DNA from: a bacterium
GTDB lineage: Bacteria; Patescibacteriota; Microgenomatia; UBA1400; UBA12108
Direction of reading: 5' to 3'
Assembly (NCBI GenBank): GCA_021788365.1
Contig: JAJYKS010000001.1
Location: forward strand, 137,962 to 201,961
Length of the DNA stretch: 64,000 bases
The notes under the pieces were generated by a model, which did not search any database, was not told where the DNA came from, and saw nothing but the letters and a program-made list of their open reading frames with translations. This document shows positions 57,734 to 64,000 of this stretch, one piece after another; position 1 is the stretch's first letter; each line of letters starts with the position of its first letter. The translations under genes and the position numbers were made by a program.

Positions 57734-58356
57734 AAATTGCCTAGGTGAGCATTATCGTTCCAGGTTTGGAGGTGCCACTTGTTCTCGACTCTCTCTAGAA
57801 GAGTGATTCCAGTATTGGCGAGGTGCATGGTCCCTTCCATAGCCTTATATATTTCAGGGGTTAGGAGGTCTTCAAATATCACATTCCCCAGGATCGCGCC
57901 GATGAATATTCCGTGGGATACAGCGAGAATGTTTTCCTCGCTACGAATACTTATATACTCTAAAAACTTCTTGGCTCGACTAATAAGTTCGTGGATATTT
58001 TCTTCGTCAGAATGGTGCCAAAGCGAATCATGGAGATTGGCTCTAATTTGTGCCCTTATCTCAACTGCGACTGGATCCATTGTGGGCTTGCCTTCGAGCG
58101 TACTAGGTCGTTTGATTTCACGAAGTAATTCGTTGATTTCTAGCTTTACACCCACGTGATTGGCGACAATTTCGGCGGTACTTTGGGCTCGTTTGAAATG
58201 ACTCGTGAGGATGAGGTCGAGCGGAATCGATTTAAAGCGCTTGGCAAGCTCATTGGCTTGGGACATACCTAGCTCAGATAGCGGAGTGTCGGCATGTTGG
58301 TGGATTTTATTCACGTTGCCAACACTTTGACCATGACGTACAAGATACAACTTCAT
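57730..58356 (-). CDS. Histidine phosphatase family protein
   Basis: LVRHGQS, RAQSTA, VSHG. Confidence 0.9.
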   Translation of the reverse strand: MKLYLVRHGQSVGNVNKIHQHADTPLSELGMSQANELAKRFKSIPLDLILTSHFKRAQSTAEIVANHVGVKLEINELLREIKRPSTLEGKPTMDPVAVEIRAQIRANLHDSLWHHSDEENIHELISRAKKFLEYISIRSEENILAVSHGIFIGAILGNVIFEDLLTPEIYKAMEGTMHLANTGITLLERVENKWHLQTWNDNAHLGNL

Positions 58357-58396
58357 CCCTATAGTTTATCACCTCGAAGGAAAGTATAATCAAATC

Positions 58397-58927
58397 ATGA
58401 AAATGGTATTTCTGTATGGACCTCCTGCGGTTGGCAAACTAACAGTTGCTAAAGAACTAGCAAAGCTTACTGGCTATAAGTTATTTCACAATCATTTGAC
58501 TGTCGACCTTGTGTCATCTCTCTATGAGTGGGGATCACTTAAATACTGGGAGTACCTGAGAGCTATCCGTGAGGAGCTGTTGGAAAATTTGGCTAAGGAT
58601 AACGTCGATGTTATTTTTACTTTTGTTTATGCAGCTGGTGAAGATGAACAGGTAATGGAGAGAATGTTTAAAAGGATTGAAGAAAATGGCGGTGAAGTAT
58701 TGCTCGTACAACTAACAACTAGCGTTAAAAAATTGAAAGAGCGCATTGTGACTGATGTTCGCAAACAATTTAAAAAGATGTCAAAAACAGAAGCCTTAGA
58801 TAAATGGTTAAAGCAATATAAATTATTTGAAGCGTACCCGAATCGCAAAAATATTATTATTGATAACTCAGACTTATCTCCCAGAGAAACAGCCAAGCTG
58901 ATTGTGGAGAAATACTACTTGAAATAA
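58397..58927 (+). CDS. P-loop kinase (shikimate/nucleoside kinase-like)
   Basis: YGPPAVGKLT, FHNH, IDNSDLSP. Confidence 0.75.
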   Translation: MKMVFLYGPPAVGKLTVAKELAKLTGYKLFHNHLTVDLVSSLYEWGSLKYWEYLRAIREELLENLAKDNVDVIFTFVYAAGEDEQVMERMFKRIEENGGEVLLVQLTTSVKKLKERIVTDVRKQFKKMSKTEALDKWLKQYKLFEAYPNRKNIIIDNSDLSPRETAKLIVEKYYLK

Positions 58928-59652
58928 TCGTGTAGTATTTTAATTTCTTCCTGATAGACTTGTTGGGCTAGGTCGTAGTCCCACGGACTATGATCCTGAC
59001 CTTTTAGAATCATTACGGGCTGAGATTTTCCCTCAACGATATTAATGGTTTTGTTTTTGAGATCATGATCGACATATTTGTCGGTTTCACCATAGACTAA
59101 GTGGATTGCTCCGCTATATGAGTTTAGGCATTCGAAAAAGTTGGCGTCTTTAGCTTCTTGCCAGAATCTGCCATCGTATTTCTGACCTCCTTCTTCGTAA
59201 ACTTTACCTATCATTTCCTCAATATTGCTCTTGGGGTCAGGAACCCAAAGAAGTATGCAGGGTATTTTCCCGGCGATTGCTGGGTTGTGCGTCGCTACTA
59301 CCGTGGCACTAGCTCCCATACTTTGGCCAAGTAAAGCTACTTGATAGCTGAGCTCTAGATATTTTTTCGAAAAATAAACAATAGTTGCCACCCACTCCTT
59401 GAACGAAGAATTGAGGAAATCCCCTTCAGAATTACCGCAGTTGGGCTGATCAAAACGAAGGACAGAGTAGCCTTCTTTTAATAGAAGTTGTGCAAAATCA
59501 ACAAATTGCCTGGCAGGGCCAATCGAGGAGCCGCGAAAGCCGTGGGACATGATTATAATTTTTCTAGTAGGCTCGTCTGGTTCGGAAAAAATACAGAAGA
59601 TTTTCTTCCCGTTTATTTCTTCAAAGTAAACTTTATTGTTGACCATACTCAT
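58915..59652 (-). CDS. Alpha/beta hydrolase
   Basis: HGFRG, RFD..CGNSEG, GQSMG, QDH. Confidence 0.85.
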   Translation of the reverse strand: MSMVNNKVYFEEINGKKIFCIFSEPDEPTRKIIIMSHGFRGSSIGPARQFVDFAQLLLKEGYSVLRFDQPNCGNSEGDFLNSSFKEWVATIVYFSKKYLELSYQVALLGQSMGASATVVATHNPAIAGKIPCILLWVPDPKSNIEEMIGKVYEEGGQKYDGRFWQEAKDANFFECLNSYSGAIHLVYGETDKYVDHDLKNKTINIVEGKSQPVMILKGQDHSPWDYDLAQQVYQEEIKILHDYFK

Positions 59653-59831
59653 AGTATAGCGTATTTACTCGAGTATGTTCGAGTCCGAACCGACTAGTTG
59701 AATAACATGATGGCTACCCAGCTCGAGTTATGAGGATTTTGGACGGTAGGGAGAGTTTGGGGGGTTTATCTCGATTTTTAGCGGATAGATAGGTGTTAAT
59801 GATGGGTTACGGTCTCTCGAGGTGTTCGTGT

Positions 59832-59905
59832 TGGTTGCGGGACAGGGATTCGAACCCCGATACTGGCGTTCAGAGCGCCGAGTCCTACCTTTAGACGATC
59901 CCGCA
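59832..59905 (-). tRNA. tRNA-Gln (anticodon CTG), CCA encoded
   Basis: Reverse complement TGCGGGA..GGCG-CT-CTG-AA-CGCC..GGGG-TTCGAAT-CCCT-G-TCCCGCA-A-CCA folds as a cloverleaf. Confidence 0.93.
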
Positions 59906-59935
59906 AAGGTAACCGTATTTTACCACCTCGAGGAC

Positions 59936-61051
59936 TTATTTCCCGATGAGCCTAGTTGCCGATGTGAGGAGTGCGCCGAGGCCGACCAGGACCGCCAGAA
60001 CATTGACCAGCCCACCCCCGACGGGGACCATGCGGATCACTGTAAAAAGTGTAAAACCAATTGCAAACACGAGGTAGGCAGATTGCTTCTTCCAGCCCAA
60101 TTTCTCCACCGCCCAAAAACCCAAGGCGTACCCGACGACCAACTTGGCAAGGTAGAAACAAGTGAGGAAGAGTGCAACTGATAGTAGTGCAAGTGGGGCG
60201 GCGAGCACCGTGAACAGTAAAATAAAGAATCCCGGAACAATGACGAGACAGGCGAGGAATCCGATGCCGAGGTTCCGCAGGATGTTGTGACGCGTGGCGT
60301 CGGCAACGACACGGCTTGGTTTTGGAAATAACTTGAGCATGAGCAGCCCCATGAGTAGTGCGGAGAGGTAGCCAATGAGCGCGAGAGTATGACCAACCGT
60401 ATCTTTGTATTTGACGAGTTCTGTAGCAATAGCCTTGCCTTTATCTGCTGCTTCGGCTGGGCGTTCCATTTTCGTAACCGTACCTGCAATCGTGGCTGTC
60501 GGTGACTCGGTGATACTAGCGTCGTTCCCCATTACATATGTGAGATCCCCTGCAACTACCGTGGCGGGACCTAGCGCTATCTTGCCACCTGCGAGTCGCG
60601 CTTCTTTTCCTACGCGGCCGTTTATGGTGAGGTTGCCCGCGCCGACAAAAAGATTCCTGCCAACTGTTGCTTCGTCATCGAACGTTCCCGCGCCTGCAAG
60701 GAGTGATCCCCCAATTGTTGTGTTTTTGTCGATTGTTACTTGGCCGGCGCCCAGGTGCACGCTACCCGCAAGGTGCGCCCCTGTAATATTCACGCTACCC
60801 GCACCCACAAATACATCGCCTTTTACCGTGCCGGTTACTGAGACAGAACCTGCCCCTACGTAGAGATTGCCCAGTACCGTACCGGCAATATCAGCCGTAT
60901 CGGCGCCAACAAAAAGATCGTCATTCACTACTTCACCTGCGCCAAGCGTATAGGGACTGTTCTTTTCTATTGCCACTTTTGCTTCCGCTTTTGTGGCTGA
61001 GATGAAAGGAAGAATTAACAGAAATATCAGAGATAGCAACCATTTTTTCAT
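59936..61051 (-). CDS. Bactofilin-like beta-helix repeat membrane protein
   Basis: Signal peptide, repeated G.V.G.L.VGAG.V.I units, C-terminal TM bundle. Confidence 0.75.
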   Translation of the reverse strand: MKKWLLSLIFLLILPFISATKAEAKVAIEKNSPYTLGAGEVVNDDLFVGADTADIAGTVLGNLYVGAGSVSVTGTVKGDVFVGAGSVNITGAHLAGSVHLGAGQVTIDKNTTIGGSLLAGAGTFDDEATVGRNLFVGAGNLTINGRVGKEARLAGGKIALGPATVVAGDLTYVMGNDASITESPTATIAGTVTKMERPAEAADKGKAIATELVKYKDTVGHTLALIGYLSALLMGLLMLKLFPKPSRVVADATRHNILRNLGIGFLACLVIVPGFFILLFTVLAAPLALLSVALFLTCFYLAKLVVGYALGFWAVEKLGWKKQSAYLVFAIGFTLFTVIRMVPVGGGLVNVLAVLVGLGALLTSATRLIGK

Positions 61052-61083
61052 ATGCACCCCTCCTTTTATAGTATCATGACACT

Positions 61084-61716
61084 ATGACTATTCAAGATGC
61101 GTACTCGCGATATGAGATCATGCCGCAGTTGTCCCTCCATATGCGGCGGGTCGCGGGAGTGGGAAAGCTGATCCTCGACGGGTGGCGGGAGCCTATCGGG
61201 CATGACACGGTCATGCGCACCCTACTCCTACACGACATGGGAAATATCGTAAAATTTGACCTCACCGAGGCGGGACAACGGAAGCTGAAAAGTGCAGAGC
61301 CAGAAGACCTACCCCGTTGGCGCGACATCCAAGCAAAATACTGGAAAGCGTACGGCAAAAGCGCGTACGAGGCAACACTCGCAATCGTCAAAGAATTACA
61401 CCAGGAAGACCTCGTGGAAATATATCAGGCGGATCATGAGGGTTATGCAAAGAGCTACCCCGCACTACTCCTCGACCAGTCACCCACGGTACAGATACTC
61501 GCATACTGCGATGTGCGGGTGGTGCCATCTGGCGTAGTACCCATGAAGGAGCGAATCGCGGATCTGCAGCGACGCTACGGTAGAGACCTCTCTTGGTACG
61601 ACTTTCTCTATCAGCTGGAGGAAAGTGTTGGAGCGATGACAACAACGCCTCTATCCTCCATAACCGAGCAATCGGTTGCGCCGTTTCTCCCCAGTTTGTT
61701 GCAATATCCGCTTTAG
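61084..61716 (+). CDS. HD-domain protein
   Basis: LHMRRVA, LLHDMGN, YCD.RV. Confidence 0.7.
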   Translation: MTIQDAYSRYEIMPQLSLHMRRVAGVGKLILDGWREPIGHDTVMRTLLLHDMGNIVKFDLTEAGQRKLKSAEPEDLPRWRDIQAKYWKAYGKSAYEATLAIVKELHQEDLVEIYQADHEGYAKSYPALLLDQSPTVQILAYCDVRVVPSGVVPMKERIADLQRRYGRDLSWYDFLYQLEESVGAMTTTPLSSITEQSVAPFLPSLLQYPL

Positions 61717-61727
61717 GGCGATACAAT
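61699..61727 (+). promoter_or_regulatory. Sigma70-type promoter of the T-box leader
   Basis: TTGCAA-17 nt-TACAAT. Confidence 0.65.
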
Positions 61728-61733
61728 GGCGAA

Positions 61734-61887
61734 AAGGCGATGAAGGGGTTTCCCGCCCTGGAGCCCGGTGTGATGAATACCGCGTAGCTGCACGAGACGC
61801 AGAGAAGTAAGTGAATTGACGAGGTGGTATCGTCTGTGAAGACCCTCGCATGGACCCAAGTTTTTGGGTATGTGCGAGGGTTTTTTT
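61734..61887 (+). ncRNA. T-box riboswitch (Pro specifier, ultrashort Stem I, transcriptional terminator)
   Basis: GA motif GGCGAUGA/GGAGCC, AGGG-guuuCCCg-CCCU, antiterminator CGAGG-UGGUAUC-GUC..GAC-CCUCG, terminator followed by U7; proS lies downstream. Confidence 0.8.
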
Positions 61888-61932
61888 CGTCCAAAGGACG
61901 ATCAGCCTTTGGCTGAGTATAAAGGAGCATAT

Positions 61933-62271
61933 ATGACCATATCTTATGATGACTTTTCCAACGTCGACATTCGCGTGGGGAAAATTGTGGCGATAGACGA
62001 TTTTCCCGAAGCGCGGAAGCCTGCCTACAAACTAACCATCGACTTTGGACCGACAATCGGCACAAAGCGATCGAGTGCTCAGGTGAAGAAATACTATACA
62101 AAAGAAACGCTCCTCAATAAACTCGTGCTCGGCGTCGTGAACTTCCCGCCTAAGCAGATCGGTCCGTTTGTCTCGGAAAGTCTCACCCTCGGCGTGCCCG
62201 ACGAGGAGGGGCAGTGCGTGCTTGTCACCCCCGACAATGAACAGGCAGTTATTGGCGGAAAATTATTCTAG
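61933..62271 (+). CDS. csaA: CsaA/Trbp111 tRNA-binding protein
   Basis: DIRVGKI..FPEARKPAYKL.IDFG..KRSSAQ..VVNFPPKQIGPFVSE. Confidence 0.9.
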   Translation: MTISYDDFSNVDIRVGKIVAIDDFPEARKPAYKLTIDFGPTIGTKRSSAQVKKYYTKETLLNKLVLGVVNFPPKQIGPFVSESLTLGVPDEEGQCVLVTPDNEQAVIGGKLF

Positions 62272-62281
62272 GATCGAAGAT

Positions 62282-63157
62282 ATGCAACAAAATAAAACAA
62301 AAGCCGTGGGTTTTGCACTTGCTTGTATAGTGTTATGGGCGTTTATACCTGTAGTTTCGAAAACAGGCCAACAAAGTTTGGATAACTACCAATTTCTTTT
62401 TTGGTCTAGCTTACTATCTTTTTTAGTTTTACTCGGTATTACCCTCATTAGTAAAAAAGGCCATTGGTTTACCAAATATAACTTTGGACAGATAGCAAAG
62501 AATCTCGGACTTGGATTTTTGGGTGCTTATTTGTATTATTTGCTTTTGTATTTTGCATATGCACATGCGCGTGGATTGGAAGTACTTGTCTTACAGTATA
62601 CCTGGCCTCTGTTCATTGTTTTGCTTTCAATCCCCGTCCTTAGAGAAAAGCTAACTAAAATGACGATTTTATCGTCACTGCTTGGTTTTACTGGAGTACT
62701 TATTGTCCTAACAAAAGGTAATTTCACTCATGTTTACTTGGGCAATTTAACTACTGACGGACTTGTGCTCCTTGGATCTTTGTCGTTTGGATTATTCTCA
62801 GTTTTAACGAAGAAAGTAAAACTTGAATATTACACTGACACCACACTTTTCTTTGCTTCAGCAACATTGTTTTCCTTAATATCAATGCTCATATTTTCTA
62901 GATTTTCCTGGCCTAGCTATAGCACTCTCCTACCATTATTTGTGAATGGAGCTTTTATAAATGGTTTGTCTTATGTGTTTTGGCTGAAGGCACTTCGTTA
63001 TGCAAAAGCTAGTTTTGTTGCTCCTCTAGTCTTTATAACTCCAGTCTTGGCGGCAGTTTTGATTACTATATTTTTTCACGAAATTTTCCTGCCAATATAT
63101 GTGTTGGGTATTTGTCTCGTAATCTCTGCTGGATTGCTTAGTCAAAAAAATACATAA
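62282..63157 (+). CDS. EamA/DMT family transporter
   Basis: Ten hydrophobic segments, LQYTWP, LREKL, FITPV. Confidence 0.85.
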   Translation: MQQNKTKAVGFALACIVLWAFIPVVSKTGQQSLDNYQFLFWSSLLSFLVLLGITLISKKGHWFTKYNFGQIAKNLGLGFLGAYLYYLLLYFAYAHARGLEVLVLQYTWPLFIVLLSIPVLREKLTKMTILSSLLGFTGVLIVLTKGNFTHVYLGNLTTDGLVLLGSLSFGLFSVLTKKVKLEYYTDTTLFFASATLFSLISMLIFSRFSWPSYSTLLPLFVNGAFINGLSYVFWLKALRYAKASFVAPLVFITPVLAAVLITIFFHEIFLPIYVLGICLVISAGLLSQKNT

Positions 63158-63175
63158 TAACAGGAGGAGGGTCAT

Positions 63176-64000
63176 ATGAAATACTCACAACTTTTTGCAA
63201 AAACACTAAAGACAGCACCCGCTGCCGCAGATACCGTAAATCATAAACTTTTGGTGCAGGCGGGGTACGTACGGCAAGTCATGGCGGGGGTATACGACTA
63301 TCTCCCTCTGGGCCTCCGCGTGCTTAACAATATCTCTAAAATCGTCCGCGAGGAAATGAACGGGATCGGCGGGCAAGAAGTACTCATGCCCGTTTTGCAC
63401 CCCTCTGCTATATGGAAGCAAACCGGTGGGTGGGACAAGATAGACGTGCTCTTTAAGGTGAAGAGCCGCACGGGGAAAGATTACGCCCTTGCTCAAAGCA
63501 ACGAGGAAACGGTCACCCCGCTCGCAAAAGAATGGATCCACAGCGCCAAGGATCTGCCTCTTGCCATTTATCACGTCAATTGGAAGTTCCGCGACGAGCT
63601 CCGGTCCAAATCGGGAATCCTTCGTGGGCGTGAGTTCCTTATGAAAGACCTTTATAGCTGGCATGCGACGCAAGCTGATTTTGATGCCTTCTACCAAACG
63701 GCGAAAGAAGCATACAAGCGGGTATTCTCACGGCTTGGGCTCACCGCAAAAGTGACGGAAGCTTCGGGCGGCGCGTTTACCGAAAAGCTCAGCTACGAGT
63801 TCGAGGTACTTACTGATGCGGGCGAGGCACGAATACTCTACTGCGAGTCATGCGACTACTGCGTAAACGTAGACGATATCGCGACGTATAAGGAGGGAGA
63901 CACCTGCCCCCGCTGCAAGGGCGACACGCTCAAGCCTGCAAAAGCTGCGGAAGTGGGGAATGTATTCGACCTCGGCACCAAATATACGAAAGCGTTTGAT
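63176..64000 (+). CDS. proS: Prolyl-tRNA synthetase (partial, runs off the window)
   Basis: Manual translation MKYSQLFAKTLK..HKLLVQAGYVRQ..GVYDYLPLGLRV..KFRDELRSKSGILRGREFLMKD; AGGAGG SD. Confidence 0.93.
   Translation, partial: MKYSQLFAKTLKTAPAAADTVNHKLLVQAGYVRQVMAGVYDYLPLGLRVLNNISKIVREEMNGIGGQEVLMPVLHPSAIWKQTGGWDKIDVLFKVKSRTGKDYALAQSNEETVTPLAKEWIHSAKDLPLAIYHVNWKFRDELRSKSGILRGREFLMKDLYSWHATQADFDAFYQTAKEAYKRVFSRLGLTAKVTEASGGAFTEKLSYEFEVLTDAGEARILYCESCDYCVNVDDIATYKEGDTCPRCKGDTLKPAKAAEVGNVFDLGTKYTKAFD

Larger units (their letters stand above)
25560..59831. mobile_element. AT-rich composite genomic island abutting the 3' end of tRNA-Gln
   Basis: Compositional shift visible by eye near 25.6 kb and 59.8 kb; contains a serine recombinase, terminase, methylase, and defence-like and biosynthetic genes. 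Boundaries are approximate. Confidence 0.65.

Noticed and set aside
59822-60181. 119-aa plus-strand ORF
   Set aside because: Antisense to tRNA-Gln and the bactofilin-like gene.
63206-63697. 163-aa minus-strand ORF
   Set aside because: Antisense shadow of proS, which the track omits because it runs off the window.

Overview
Bacterial chromosome segment. Gene content and the many SD-less, promoter-proximal starts suggest a Patescibacteria/CPR host (inference). It has three zones. (1) About 1-25.5 kb is GC-richer backbone: peptidases, two OmpR-type two-component systems, MacAB-like and Drr-like ABC exporters, and a flavinylation module (FMN-binding protein, ApbE, RnfD/NqrB-FNR fusion). A TTCAG-N6-TTCAG box precedes four of these transcription units. 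(2) About 25.6-59.8 kb is a visibly AT-richer island ending at the 3' end of tRNA-Gln(CTG). It holds a ~14 kb cluster combining the complete preQ0 pathway (folE, queD, queE, queC; no tgt/queA/queF/dpdA seen) with three glycosyltransferases, an oxidoreductase/DegT aminotransferase pair, a PIG-L deacetylase, two further radical SAM enzymes, a G1PDH-like dehydrogenase, a nucleotidyltransferase and an MFS exporter. It also holds a C-protein-controlled SF1 helicase-nuclease / TM0106 nuclease / HEPN-like operon, and a capsid-less ParB-methylase / TerS / TerL / serine recombinase cassette. (3) About 59.8-64 kb is backbone with a T-box leader that has an ultrashort Stem I (apical CCC = Pro) and an intrinsic terminator, upstream of csaA, an EamA gene and proS. 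All protein calls come from motif recognition by eye; no database searches were run.
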